Origin: Patellaria atrata CBS 101060
Lineage: Eukaryota
NCBI GenBank assembly: GCA_010093705.1
Contig: MU006092.1
Span: forward strand, 1,196,350-1,260,349
Direction of reading: 5' to 3'
DNA: 64,000 nt
This document shows positions 26,335 to 40,800 of the stretch, in pieces. The position numbers and the translations under genes are program-made. Numbering within the stretch: position 1 is the stretch's first letter; the number at the start of each line of letters is the position of its first letter. Under the pieces are notes generated by a model. That model was given only the letters and a program-made list of their open reading frames with translations. It ran no database searches and was not told the DNA's origin.

Positions 26335-27730
26335 TCATTCTTTGTTTTCTTCCGTATGAGTTATTCTGGGGCCTCTCCCTTCGTGATCTCCTTTGGTAGT
26401 TCTACGAGGTGTCTTTGAATAGTATTTTGGGGCCCTCAAATGCGCTGGGGTGAAGATCCGCGGTCTTCCAAAAACCTCTTTACTCACTCTGTCGTCCTGG
26501 GATTTGGCATCCTCCAATCCTATTTCGAGTCGTCCGAGCATTATTGCACTCAATCTGAAGAGGAATAATCATGACTTGTGACGTGGTTTAAGTGGTGCAC
26601 TTAACCCCCCATGCCTGTCCCACCGAAATAATCGAAGTAGTGATGAGGTTTGAAGTCTGCAGAAGTAGCATCGGGCACTATAGATGCTCGTACTGCGGTA
26701 AGAAGATTATGGGGTATATCGTTTTCCCGAATCTTTTTTCTCTCAGATGGGTCTACTGCAACGGTACCCAATTTTGGGTTCTAAGTTTGGGTTCCAAGGA
26801 CAATCTCCGCTTGTGTTATTGAGCCGATAATAGTTGTCTTCGATTGAAGGATCTAGATCCTAGATTGTAAGATCTTCATTAGCGCTGCATATATGGGAAA
26901 GGGAGACTGCCAATCACTTCAAACACCAACACACCTTATCTTACATTGCTCTAACTACTCCAGAGAACGTAAAGAAATGAGAAAACTACTCAGATCAGAT
27001 CTAACAATGATAAAGCTTTTTTGCACAAAGTTAGGTAAACAAGTGTTACTAAAATATATAGAAAGAACTCAAATCTCTACTGCTAGATGGCTAATGCATG
27101 CAGGAGACGTAAATAGAGTAGAAGAGTAGATTCTACAAAAGATAACTAGAGGTATGACATAGAACTGGAAACCAAGAACCGATGGCAATGAGAAAGAATA
27201 GATGCTTCTACAATTTCCTTCATATGGATTTTAGAGGTCTTAGCTTTCCTTTGTAAATAATATCACTGGACTAAGCCACTAGAGACTTCACTAAGCATAT
27301 GAGGGCCCTGAAAAGGGATTTATGTATATAGGAAGTTGCGCCATAGCTTAAAGGCTGCATGCGCAGTATTGTAGGTAATGCAATACAATGGAATAAAAAA
27401 AAATATATATGGGAAAGATGTGAATCGTCCACCTTATCTTTCAGTCGACAACCTCGTTCTATTTCTTCAATGAGCTTTAAAAGGCTTTGAATTATGAGCA
27501 AGGTGAAGTAGCCCTTAATAAAACCCCTATCTGTACAGTCAGTGAAATTTTGAATGGGTGGTGGAGTAAATCTACCAAACGTGCAAATTTGTTTCCTAGT
27601 CCAAGGACTACTTGGATCCCAATCCGAAACATGCTCTCTTATTCAAAGGTAGAGGTTGCTCTTCCGGTTTTTGGATGGAGAGAGTGTGGGTAGCTCTGTC
27701 CGAATATCAACTAAGAGTCGGCTCAACCAT
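26335..27730 (-). pseudogene. Patatin-like phospholipase pseudogene interrupted by a LINE fragment
   Basis: PWTRKQICTF, degenerate oxyanion region followed by KGYFTLLIIQSL, FKPHHYFDYFGGTGMGG (G-x-S-x-G serine lost), SAIMLGRL...SKEVFGRPR; LINE inserted at 26902-27404. Confidence 0.75.
26902..27404 (+). mobile_element. 5'-truncated non-LTR retrotransposon (Tad1-like LINE): ORF2 C-terminus, 3' UTR and poly(A)
   Basis: Peptide CQSLQTPTHLILHCSNYSRER resembles the C-terminal CCHC knuckle of fungal LINE ORF2; A-rich tail ~27395-27403; 13-bp TSD ATATATGGGAAAG at 26889-26901 and 27405-27417. Confidence 0.85.
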
Positions 27731-30567
27731 GTTGCTATATTGAAAGTTATGGAATGGAGCAATATCTTGCGATACTCCTGAAGGACCACCTGAAGCTAGA
27801 CTATGTGTAAAGCGCCGCACAGTGGTCACTTATGGTACTGAAGAGTTGTTCCCTCTCGTGTACAAGGCTAGCTCGACTGAAAAGCTGCATAGGCTAGACG
27901 CCTAATATACATTTCCTGTGAGAAAGGAAATCTAATGAAAAGAATGAGATTCATAATGGTGCACCACACGGAGCCCGTTTGTGAAGACACGACGAAGGGC
28001 GGACGAATAGACAAAACGATAAGGCTGATACAACTATATTCAGCGCTAGAAACTCGTTGCTGCTCGCAGAGGACAATATTTGACCAATATGATGAAGGCT
28101 TGTTCGATTGAATGCACAGTATAAGGGGTTTAGAGAAATATCTTTCTATGATTTGGAGTTATAAGTGGAAATATGCCCTGGATCGGGTCATAATTGAACG
28201 CCCCATATGCACCAGCAACTGTACGAGCAGTTGCGCCGCGCTTCGTTGCGTAACCTAGGGAATATAAGGGTTGGGGAAAGATCAGACTGAAACAGCTGAG
28301 TTTCTAGATACAAACAGGTTCATGTGTAGGAAGGGAAGCTCTGGTCAATATCAACTGTTATTCCAATTAGGGTATATCGCGCCCGAGGGTGAATCAATTG
28401 AAAACTGCCTGTACGCCAAGGAATCCTCTACGAGTAATAAGAGTTATACTTAATCATCATCTGATTGACATTTGATTTGGTACAGCACACAAAAACCGCG
28501 GGAACATACGTGTCAACTGTGGAAGAAGTTAGGGTGAGATATACTTGTTATCGAGGGCATAACTGACTTACAGGTTAGAGTAGTTCTGTAGTACCAGGCT
28601 GCGCCAGCTTCCATTCCGGTGGGGAGGTTCTCGGTGCCTAAGCGTGTGCCTCGTCCAAGACGATATGATTAATGCTGTACTCTCAAGATTTCACCGCGGA
28701 TGACGATTATTGACGAAGGAAATAATTAGCCCTGACCAACGCCCCGCGCATCTGCGATGGTGTTTGTCGGAAGTTGAGCTTTGCACCGAACTGCGCTGGC
28801 CCCCAACTTCAGTGCGACAGGAGACACGGGATGATACGCATGATATTTACGACAAGAAGCGTCATAACACAAACTCTCCTCAACAGAAGCATTTTCTCAC
28901 TACAGACCTTCTTCAACTTCCTCAGCTATAACAACTTTTCTATCGGAAACTTTGCTCCAAATACTGAAAGAGCTCTACCTTTGATTCTCTTCCCCATGAA
29001 GACTGGCCAAGGAAGCCCCAATCTTAGTGAAAGTGGGAGTGATCCCTAGGATTCACAGCACAAGTCCGGCAAAATCAGCCGCATGTTCAGACGACGTGGT
29101 TCGGACAAAGTAAACAAATGACAAAGAGAAGGTCGTCGTTTTCATGCAGAGCAGTGATGAAATCTATGTAACTTCGAAGACCAATATACCAAGGCGAATC
29201 GACAGAGGTGAGTACGCGGAATCAGGATATGTCGAGCATATCTAACCTTAGACAGGGGAAATATGGGAACAGATGCCTCTTCCTCGGCCAAGACCCGAAG
29301 TAGACGTCTACGTCAGCTGGAGTCTAGGATGTAATTCGAAGGGAAGAGAGATGATGATTAGAGAACTTTTCGCCAGTCAGTTGAACCACTTGAAGGGGAT
29401 GAGATTCCATATGAAACTTTTTGGTCTTCTAAAGATGTTCTACGTCTTCGAATAATCTGTTTGAACGCCGCCTTTATTTATGAGCAATCTAGGAGAATCA
29501 ATAACGGAGGAGTTTTTGAACCGTGGGTCCGCGTCAAGCGTTCATCGTGGACTGTTGAGAAACAATATTGTCCGAGAGGGATTAGCCTAGTTGTTGGGCC
29601 ATTTTATTGAGGGTGGATAGAGCTGGATAACGAAACACTTGTGAATGTCATGATTCTAATTCACTTACACGGAGACGAATTTCATGGTATATTGGAGATT
29701 ACAAGGAGTCGGTCGGGTATGTCTCTCCTGGTAATAATTTATTTCGCACTGTAAAGTTATTTTCGGATTTAGCATTATGAAGTTCAATGTTTTACCTTGA
29801 CGGGCCTCAGTTCACTCATATAGTTATGATCATTCCACGTTTTGAGTTATCTCTTTCTCAAAAGTAATAAATTGTCATGAGCTGAACTATCAAGTGGCGA
29901 ACATTAGGGTACAATGTTCCTAGGTAATGTTCGTGTTTAAGATGGAAACCCTCAAACTTCCGATTTGCTTTGCGCTGCTGGAAACGACCTGTCACAAGGA
30001 TAGCAGTTAAGAGATCATCGACGAATCTATGAAACTTCTACAACAAAATTATAGAATCTCACTTACGGTCATCAAACTCGCACCAGACCTAATCATTATG
30101 GTTTCACTTACAATTATAATTGGTAAAAGAAAGTGAAGTGGAAGTAACTACTGAGAGCACCAACCTGGTTTGACCTACATGCATCGTCCAAACCTTCAAA
30201 CTCGAAATTGGGATTAGGGACATCTATGCTTAGCCCTTTGAAAGAAGTGAGGAGCAGGAAAGAATCAAAATGGCCGTCCAATCAACTCACCGACGTGATA
30301 GTCGTGACCACCGAACGCATCCTCCAACAGCATCATTTCAAAACGGGAAACCCTCCAAGTAGTTGGAGTCCTTTAACGCCGCACTAGAATTCCCCGGAAA
30401 GGTCACACAAGACTGGGTTTCGAAGTCTATCTGCATCTGCCGCAATCAGCATTACTAATGAACGAAGACACAAATTTAACCGAAACTTATCGAGAGTTAA
30501 GAATTACTCGAGATGCTGGACTGAGAATAAGGGAAGGTAATTGTGGTTCGACTTTATGATTTTCATT

Positions 30568-32144
30568 TTAGGAACGTTGCACCTGGTATTTCGGAAAAGC
30601 TGCCATTAGTTCTTCTTGACTGATATCCTCATGTTGCCAGACAAGTGTGACAGGTTTCTTTGGTTTGGTAGCTTTGGTTGTTTCTAACACTGGCCCGGAT
30701 TTGGCATCGGTAGGAGTCTCTTTGGGTACCTGATCGTTCTGGGGAACTGGGTTCGCAGGAGTTAACACATGGGTGTTAATGTGTTCATTTAGTTTGCCAA
30801 GGTTCGAGGGATTTTGGGCGTTAGTTTCTGCACGGCTCTGTATTTGGTGCGTTTGCTGTTGTGGAGGCTGTTGGTAAGTAGCCTGAGGGGAATGTGGAGG
30901 TACTGGAGGACGTTGAGGTAAACCCGGGACAGGTGAAAGACCAAAGGGTCGATTCGGAAGAGATGTCGGTGGCGGTGGACCCGTACCATAACCAGGTTGA
31001 GTTGTACTGTAAGCTTGGTTGCTATTACCATATTGTGGTTGAGCACCATAAGGTGGCTGAGGGGCACCATAAGGTGGTTGAGGCGGACCGTATGGACCTT
31101 GGGGCGCGCTGTAATGGGGCTGATGGCCAGGGTAAGGGGCCTGCTGTGGGGGAAATGGCGATCCCGCTCCGTATGGGGGTACATGAGGATCGGAATATCC
31201 TGCAAACCCCTGTTGTTGCGGCGGATATTGCTGCTGTTGAAGATAATGTTAGCGGAAATCATCAACATATAAGTTGTATTCAATGCTTACTTGTTCTGTC
31301 ATATTATGTGAAGGGGGCGCTTGAGAATATGACACTGGTACAGAATAAGCTCCCGGAGCGGTGTATGGTACAGGTGCTCCGTATGTTACTGCAGGCGTGT
31401 GTGTGTTCGATATTGGGTCCTGGCTTGGCGGAGGTTGATAGACGAATGGCGAACCACCCTGTTGCTACAATTTGTTGTTAGAAGTTTTAGTCCAAGAGGG
31501 TATAGCTACATACATATGTCGTATGGTTCTGAGCATTGCCAGATGGCTCCGGTCGAGTCGCGTTTCCACTGTTTGCGGGAGATCCCCCTGCTGCTGCGGC
31601 GGCCTTTTTCGCTCGATGTTCAGCAAGACGCTTTTGAATTTCTTCCGGTGTCTCAACCCTCGGTTTCTTTGATGGATTCGGTCCACCAGCGGTACTATGA
31701 CTAGTTCCAGGGGCAGGATTTCCGGTGTGAGCACGGTGTTCGGCTTCAGCTTGGTAGAACTGTTGAATCACGCGTTGGCGGTGCTGGTTTAAGATCTCTT
31801 CTGGAATCCCTTCCATACCAAAGATTTCGAGATCGAGGCCTGCGCGATTCGGAAGTGCATTATCCACCTGACTAAGAGTCTCTTTGTGGACTTGTTGCAT
31901 GTGAACGGTTAAGCCTGGTTTATCAGCGTGCGAACTCAAGATGATCAAGCGATGTGGAGTGGAAAAAGGTCAGTTTACCTCCGGCAGTATTTAGACGACG
32001 ACCACATCGCTCGCACTTGTAATGTTTGGCCTTTTGATGGTTGATAAGAATTCGCAAGTCATCGAAGTCGCGCTCGCAGTAATAACACCATGGGCGAGAG
32101 AGGATTTCCTCAATATCTGGTTGCGCACGCTTCTTCTTGCCCAT
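30568..32144 (-). CDS. ZNF207/BuGZ-like C2H2 zinc-finger protein, 4 exons (~32144-31979, 31914-31514, ~31461-31291, ~31233-30568)
   Basis: [58 protein letters not shown], Pro/Gln-rich middle, C-terminal [12 protein letters not shown]. Confidence 0.9.
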
Positions 32145-33299
32145 TTTGATTGTATCAGTTGAGATGGAGAAGTACACAAATGGTTGAAAACAAGTAAGGT
32201 AGGTTGAATCTTGACGCGATCGGAGGTGAAAGAAGTTCTTGGCTTGGAGTCGGTGAGGGTGAAAGTATTTCGGCGGAAGGAGAATCTTGGCGTGTAGAAC
32301 TAAACACGGGCGTTATCTATTTTCCCCTTAATTCTACTTGGTATACCCCCGGGGTCTGATTTAATACATCTTTCCATCACCCCTGAGACAACCCTTAGGT
32401 ACGACAACCTAAGGTAGACCCATAGGAGCTCTTAATCATATGTTTATATCACAAAAGCATCTCTATTATTTCTACGCCGGCCTCCTCTTAGCAACCATTA
32501 ATTCTACGAGTTTATGATTGACATGGCAGGGCTACTAGAATCCTAGACGTCTACTCACGCGCCGATTGCCCCGCATTCAGCACAAGGGACATAATAATTC
32601 GTTTTTGTACGGAGAACTGAGAATAAGCAATTGCTCAATGGGAAGCAAAGAGAAAACTAGAACTATTTCTTCGCGCAAATATGACTTCATGGTGATATCC
32701 TTTAGGGATCTATGCAGCAGCCAGCTTCGTTGTGTTACAAGACTGTAACTGAGGATATCAATGATAGTCACACAACGCTTTTAGTGAACATAAGTAATGA
32801 TTTGGTTACGTAGAACACTTTTCATTGTGAGTGTTTTATGTTGGGTCCAGACCCCCTTTGTCAGGTCGGTTACTTGCGGAGGATCGTATGCAGTACGCAA
32901 GTAACAGGATAGCGCCTAACAGGATGCTAGTAAGGCTTTCAAACTATCAATTGGGATACTTAATTCGAGAATCCAAGCTATCCGAACTCGCAGAGAGTGA
33001 TCTTCTTTGCGTCATAGCACGGGAGGAGCGTGACCTTATCGTTGTGCATATCAGATCGGTGGAGGCCGTCAATAACCGTCCTGCAGCTCCAAGTATCAAC
33101 CCCGAGGGCAAATTCGGGGACAATACGTACGGACAGAGCTATATGAATAGAGAAGAGGACAAGGGATTCATGTAAATAACAGTATTTGTATAAAGAGAAT
33201 ATATATCCCACCTATTGTTGATCTACCTTTTCTCCTCCCTTTTGCTCCGCCGCATATTCCTTCATACCCACTACTTCCTAAATCGATCGTTTAACAACC

Positions 33300-34781
33300 A
33301 TGAGAAACCGGCTCTCACGTATACATAATCTCAATGGACTAAGCGTCCAATTGCTTTGCCAGAGCAAGCGGCATGTCCACAGCAGCAGAGCTCACAATGT
33401 TAGCGCTGCAACGACAAGCTCGTCGGGCATTCCAGAAATGTTCTCAAAGCCCTCTGCGCCTACACCTAAAAAGTCTCCATTGTCCATATTACCCCTCTCC
33501 AGTGTGCTCCGCAGTTATATGATTGCATCCATGTCCAGATCGCCTCGCGTTCTTGATGCCACCTTCGCATTTCTAGTTCGTCTTCTGAGGTCCCGTTCGA
33601 TATGGACGGATATAGAGCGGAATCCAATACTGCGGTGGACGTTAAGGAACACATTCTATGCCCAATTTTGTGCTGGTGAGAACCAGAAAGAAGTTGCCAT
33701 ATCAGCTAAGGAGACAAAATCATACGGATTCCAAGGGATCATACTGGAGTATGCTCTAGAGAGACTCGGGGGAGAGGACGAAGCTGCGGCTCCGGATAGT
33801 AAGGAGACAGCGACGGAGATAGAAACCTTTAGGTCAGGAATGATAGAAACAATCGACGCCTGTAACCCGGGAGATTTCATAGCACTCAAGTAAGTAAACA
33901 TGCTCCCATAGCGATAGCAAACTAACTCGATCGAAAGGTGGTCAGGACTAGGGGGTTATGCCCTGCAACTCATGAAACAGAACAAGCCGCCCACTCCAGT
34001 GATGGAAGCTGCCATGACCCAAATCTGTGATCGGGCTACACTGAAGGGAGTAAAGATTCTCCCAGGCGCAGAAGAAGAGTCCACAAACACTGGAATTTAT
34101 TCCTGGACAATGAATTTACAAAAACGATACAACACTAGAGGTCCCGGGAAAGTTGTCGTGTATAGCACATATCAAGCGTATTTGAAGAGCACACCTGGGA
34201 ATCTCGCGAAGCATCTGGCATACGCAAAGAAGGAAGATTTTACTATGGGTGTGAAGCTCGTTCGAGGGGCATATTTAGCAACTGAACCGCGGCATATCAT
34301 CTGGGAATCGAAGGAGAAAACTGATGAGATGTATGATGCATTGGCAGAAGCTTGCCTTAAACGAGAATATACGCGTGTCTTACCACCTGCGCACCAAGGA
34401 GTAGCTTTCCCAGAAGTCGATGTAGTTCTTGCAACCCATAACCTTGTAACGGTCCGGAAGGCGCAAGCAATTCGCAATCAACAGCTAACACGTGGAGAGC
34501 CGCGTGTCACGCTCGCATACGCACAGCTGAAGGGTATGGCTGATGAGGTGAGTTGCGAACTTGCGCAGGGGGCCAAGTCGCAGGCCGACGACGGCAGTAT
34601 GAAGGTGGATCCGCCAATGGTATACAAAGATGTGCCATGGGGTACGATGACCCAATGCTTGAACTATCTGTTGAGGAGGGCTGCTGAGAATAAGGATGCT
34701 GCCATGAGGGTTTCCGCTACTAGGAAAGCTATGGGTGCGGAGATCTGGCGGAGGGCTAAAGGGGCTGTGGGTTTATACTAA
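33300..34781 (+). CDS. PUT1: Mitochondrial proline dehydrogenase (intron ~33890-33938)
   Basis: FYAQFCAGE, ALKWSGLG, YSTYQAYLK, GVKLVRGAY, LATHN, AQLKGMADE, YLLRRAAEN; basic presequence-like N-terminus. Confidence 0.92.
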
Positions 34782-37676
34782 TGATAATTTTCGTCTTGGG
34801 CCTGTAAATATTAGTTTATAATTCCATCGAAAATGAATAGTTGATGCTTGCCGAGAAGTCTATTACTCTATATCTCTATATCTCTAGAGGGTTTTGGAAG
34901 AATCGAAGGAGCCAAGGGGCTGGGGTCTGGGGACTGTTCGCTAGCTAGTGGCTTGAATAGTGCAAACCCAAATTGCACATCTACTCGAAGCTCTAGAGAG
35001 CGTCTTAACAATTCCACCTGAGAACTAGATTCGATTGGGCTCTGTAGCTGTTCATACTCACTTACGTAGGAACTTTTAGAGAGTAATTGCATTCGGATAT
35101 CGCACCAGTATCTGCGAGAGGCCGCTGGGAACTTTTCGTTCTTCTATCTATGGACCACCATATTGTTCAAGTCGAAAGAGGAAACATTCGCTTTTTTCTT
35201 ACATGCTCTTCCTTGTGTTCCTACTCGTACTTGAGATATAATCCCAAAGATTGCAGGCTGGGAAACTGGATGATTTGCCTAGTGCATGCTCGTCTTGACG
35301 AAGGTCAGATTTTGGAACTTTTAGTCGCACCAAACTCGACAAAATCCCGAAGCCGCGAAGCACTTCATCGCCATTGCTTGTAACGCTGATCGCCATTCCC
35401 TCAAATAGAACTACTACTGTCGACTCTTAGGTTGGACAGAGTCACTATGGCGTACTATTGGTATTGCCGAACGCACATCCATCGTCGGTCTTCACCACAC
35501 AAAAACATACAGTATGCCAGAATTCGACTAGCAGGCCTCTTTACTTGGAACGGTCTTCAGCAAACATCACTGTGGCATACCAGTACAAAACCCGGTATAA
35601 CAGTTCAGTCCACTTAGAACTTTCATGGTGGTTCCTAACACTCTTCTATGTCAGTCGAGCCACCCTTCACCACCGGGAATGGCCCATCGGATACCAGCGA
35701 ATACTCGGAAAAATGGTATTGCTCCAACGATCGCTCGTGAGGGCAAGATCTATGCTATTATTATTTCAATCTCTACCACTTAAAGACTGAACGATAGAGT
35801 CGATGGTTAAATTGTCACACCCAAGAAACGATGGAAGCGACGCAAGGTCAGCACGACGATGCTTAACGGAAGATGGACTAGCCTCGGTCAGACGGATTGT
35901 ATGGCTAGGCAGGCCCAACATGGTCATATAAGGGGTCATCCGTTATAACCGGAACTTCTATCTGTTCTTCGAGCCTTTCGGCTTACGGTACGCGATCTGG
36001 AAAGCTATTATCGACACTGCTGCACCTTTGCACTTACTAACAGGGCTATACCATACGAAGGTAAGCCATTCCCCTTGCGGTTCGCTTTTCACCAAATCCT
36101 CATTTGGCTTGGTCGAATAGACTGTCTTCATGTGTGTTGTCTGACTCCCAGTTGGTAACATCCTGTATTGACAAATCCTTCTGATTGACGCCTGCATTGA
36201 GGGGTATAGAATTGATTCGGGGTATCTTAAGGGTTCTGGGACTCGAAGTGCAGCGGGAACTGATTCTATTACCATCGGAAAAAGCAGTGAGGGTATAGTG
36301 TCGGTGAACTGGTCCCGTCTCCTTTCATACCCGCCTCAAAATCTTCTTTTGTACCCATTTGTGCCCCTATAATGCCCTTCCTCTTCCTATACTCTAGGTA
36401 AATTGCGTTCTCCTCCTGTCCTTTCCGGTTCATGCTTTTATCTTTCATTTTCACTAGCTCTTGTATGCACCTTAGCCACCGTCCTATCTTTTCGAGACGA
36501 GCATACCCATATTTCGAGAATGCAAACTGGTGATCTCGGTCTCACTTAGTGATGGAAGTGCTTACGGCGTTGTTGTCATGATTGACTGAGGTTCAACGCT
36601 CGAATCAATGTCTGGAGACTGCCGCTTTCGTTCAAAGTGCACATCAAGAAACCCATATGTTATAGCACCCTCCGAGGGCATCGAGTCGTACCCGCTAGGT
36701 CTTTAACTGAGCTCAATATGCATTACCTGTCAAGGACGGAGATTGGTGCTTGGTGACGCTTGGCTCTTCTGCTCACTGACGTCAATTATGCAGGTAGAGG
36801 GAGGTCTTCTTATCAATCCTTGAGCGGTAACCTTCATCTGGATGTTCATACCAGGTCATGACTGCAAGATTTTGTGGTTGTGAAGTCGAGAGGTTCTGTT
36901 GAACAATGGTAAGTTCGGCTAGGGAAACTGCTCTCTACTAAGGTTACCACTCAAGTTAGGGGCATATCAGATAGAAATTGATGTATGGGAATATTCCAAC
37001 TTACTGAAAACATGATTAGTGGCCATGGAAATTCAATGGAATAGAGACCCTAAATAGAATCACTTACCGCAGTCATTATCCTGTAACTTAGGATGGTAGA
37101 TACAAATCATTCTTAGTCTCATGTAGATAGAATATGTTGAGAATATGTAGGGAATATAATTGTTTTACTGTAGCCCTCCAGCCGGAGCGGACGTGAGTGC
37201 TCGTGTTGCTCATGAAGGATGAGACCTGGAGCCCGGATACCAACTGGAGTTGTGCCACAGTAGAGCGATATCCATTCCAAGGACCTGGACTTCCACAAAG
37301 CAAATAGAATATTTCTTAGTAGCAGCAAGTTTGCTGCTCTTATGAGTATTCTAAGAGAGTTATGTCGTGATCCCGGAATGTTCATGGCATGACGGAGGAG
37401 CTAAAATGCAGTAAGAGCTAGGGTTACAGAGAGTTAATAGTTGGGATCAAGAGAGAAAAGCATTGAAATGATCTAGCAAGAGCTTGGGAGAAAATAAAAG
37501 GCGAGAGCCTCTAATATTGTTTGCGATGCAACATTCAAGTGGTTTTGGGTGTTTACGGAGAAGACCTAAGTTTGGTGTTCTCCTCTCCTCCAATCAGCAT
37601 ACATCCGAGCCTTCAGTTACCACATCTGGATAGTAGACTCCTTCGATATAGAGCAGCCAGAAACTGGTAGTCTCCA

Positions 37677-37809
37677 GACGACGTAGCTTAGCGGTTAGAG
37701 CTTTACATTGCAGGCCACAGCAATGGTTTGAGGCAGGGTTCGAGTCTCTGGCGTTGCCACTCCGTATTTTCCCATTCAATCCCCTGATCCGCGTCCTTTT
37801 TTTTTTTTT
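37677..37809 (+). ncRNA. tRNA-like Pol III unit (pseudo-tRNA or tRNA-derived SINE head)
   Basis: A box TAGCTTAGCGG, B box GGTTCGAGTC, T stem CAGGG/CTCTG, imperfect acceptor GACGACG/CGTTGCC-A, T13 run at 37797-37809; central arm CATTGC/GCAATG is not a canonical anticodon arm. Confidence 0.5.
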
Positions 37810-40800
37810 GCTGATTTGCCCGACGCTATGAGTGTGTGGTGAAGATGCGAGAAAAAAGCTCTTTTTTTTTTGGGTGAGGGATTGGGGAGGGAGATGAATG
37901 CAAACTGTATTATATCTCATTCGAGAAGGAACGGATGAGAAGCACACTGTTTCCGGATTGCTACATGGGGTCACAGTGGACAACAAACTCAGAAAGGCGT
38001 CCTATGTGCTCCCGGTCTTCCATCGATGCTGGAGTCTGCTTCCAAAACACGCTTTGATGTAGCTGTCAAATAGTAGATTCTCATGAGCATAGGGTTACTA
38101 TCTACAATGGCGCTCGTGTTGCCCTATGGTCAAGGGCAAAGATGAACGATAGGTATAGCTTGGTCGGGATACGCAAGACACACTGTAGATCTGAGTTTTG
38201 TGTGAGTATTCTACAATACTTTCTTGCCTGTGAAAACATCAATTAGAGAATTCGCAAACAAAACTCCTACTATAGCTTAATAGCAACCACTATTAAGCTG
38301 GTATCGGACGAACTTTCTATGATCACCCATACCACACGGCGAAACATGAACGGTACGCCTTAGCTACTACTCTTTTGATCCAGTAGGATGAGGTACTGTT
38401 TGTGGTAATCGCGAGGCGTCAACAACTTTGGGGTGTATTCTACTGCTGTAGGCTCCAACGGATAGATGCCCAGAATAGCACACCGCACAAAGGCTTTCAG
38501 TTATATGCAAAGGATTCGCTCCGTTCACGCTCAAGAGGAACGAGGGATCTCGTACTGATATGCTACTTCAGTTTATAATTTTGCACTGGTCACAGATGGA
38601 TTAAGAATCAGAGTGGCCAATTTGAGATTCACTGCAATTACGGATAAGCTATCTAATGCCCAGAGCGCCAACAAGTAAACGACTAGGGATCGGCATCAGA
38701 TCTCGACACTAAAGACCAGAGCAAGGACCTGAACCCGGAGGTCAGGGAGCGTCCTCAAAGGTTTTCGGTTTCACGCGAGTCAATATCATCACCTGCCGGT
38801 CCCATCCCCTAAGGGAATCGCATGTGAGCAAGCTCGGGAAGTTGAGGAGCCTGCTCAGGCACGCGCTCGAGATCCTGTAAGGGAATTTCACCAGCATTAG
38901 CCTCTACGTCTCCGGCAGCTACCCCATTGCGACGACTGGAAAATGTGTTAAAGCCGTGGTTGTATTATGTTATGGAAAGGTTGTATCTTAAGTCTGTACC
39001 GTACTCTGGATTTACAGGTCAGTTTTCTATTTCACGACGCGAAGGAGGGAACAATCTTACAGCACACCGTACCCGTAGGCCAAGAAGATAGCGGGCGCTG
39101 CAATTAAGCTAACATCACCAAGGATGAGGGGGCGGGGGAAACCATACTGAGCTCGGAAGAAGATTGTGTTGTAGAAGGTTGTGAATATGATTTAAGAATT
39201 GAGGGTCAAATCGAAAATGTGATGAAAAGAAAGAATAGAAGTCAAGCGTGCGAGACTTGTAAACCTTTTCACAGCTCTAAATCTTGGCTATTCCATATTA
39301 GGCAGCATTGCTCAGGTCTAAGCGAGTTGTAACCGTAGTCGCAAAAGCTTCGAGCCATTTTAGAAGCCATGGGATAATAGAAGATTGGTCAGGAAGACGA
39401 GCTAAGCCCTATCCTATAATCTACACATGATTTTACCCCCTAGAAAGACGGAGTCGGATCGTAGAAGCGTCAGAGACCCGGGCACGTAGATACAGACTGT
39501 TCATGCCTTCTAGCGTAAATACGAGCTCCTTTGTGGTTTAGACAGCTACGGCGGCTACCTGAGACTCATCTCCATGCTGTTCTGATGCCCTTGGTTACTT
39601 TAACGCCACGGCAAAAGTAACTATTGTACAGTTTAGGCATCTAGTAGCCCTTAAATGTCTACAGCAGGGCGAATGGTTTAACTAGAATCACAGTAATTAG
39701 TGTATATCAAGGGTACTTCGTCTGTATACAATTTCCAGCTTAACTAAGAGCTATCCGTGTTCTGATTACTCATTCGTCACGTAGCAAGGCATACAATTGA
39801 ACTGCTATAGAACACTCTTGCATGGGATACAGTTCTAATTCGTCCTTCCGCACGGCTCTTTGTGAGGGGATGCAGGCGATGTCAGTAATTCGGCTCGAAC
39901 TTCGCTCAAGAAAATGCTCTCATTATAGCAAAACATGTTCTCAACCAGCAACTTTGCCTTGATACATAGTCAGTCTCCGTTTCAAGGGTCCTATCTAGAT
40001 ATCAGAGCGCGGATAAGAGGTTAAAGGCCGTATTCTGCGGCATCACGGTGGGATCCATTACTCAAGACTGAATGTTACATGGTATCTATCACCAAGGTAA
40101 TCAAGGACACGCGCCAACATCAAGAGCCCGTATTCTCGACAGTATCCACCATAGTCTAGTCTAATGATGGTACCACCAAACAGTAAATCTCCTACACTTT
40201 CGCACCCTTTGGCTGTTCCCTGTCATCTAACGTCCGGAGTTTTTCGATAACAAGCTCGACGACAGACATGTTCTTTTCAAATCAAACATTAAATTAGTTG
40301 CTGTTGCTAGATCTCACCAGAATCGGAACGTTGAATAGGGGTTGTTACTAGCCCCGAGAAAAAACAGCGCATTGAACATCCAGAGCTAGAGTTCTCCTAT
40401 CTTCGGGTGTAGATGTAGAAGTGTGACCATCCTCTGGTCAAATTTCTGTGTATATTGCGCGCTGCGTGTTATTATGGTATCCATTACCATCAATGCTTGA
40501 GCGTAGACGCACCAAAATCACTGCTGCAGGTACTGGACCTGGAGTTTCTTTTGCGTACCGTTGTTCAGCATTTCACGATTACTACATGAACTTAGAGGCT
40601 CAAGGATTGCTACTACCTGCAATGGGACTAAACCTTTGGTGTTATTTACAAAGACATCTTGCAAAGACATCTCACGTCTTAAAGTGATACAGCAATCCCT
40701 TCCATGTCTTCATTTCCATTTTTTAGATGAGCGAAGGAGACAGACAACAGCTATTGTTCACCATGTCGTCTTCCATCTAGCGAAGTTGCCGCTCCATGAA

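Noticed and set aside
32394..32415. 8-bp inverted repeat CCTTAGGT-N6-ACCTAAGG, and a search for Put3-type CGG-N10-CCG sites upstream of PUT1
   Set aside because: A short palindrome can arise by chance; I saw only an everted CCG-N10-CGG (~33102-33117), not the known motif
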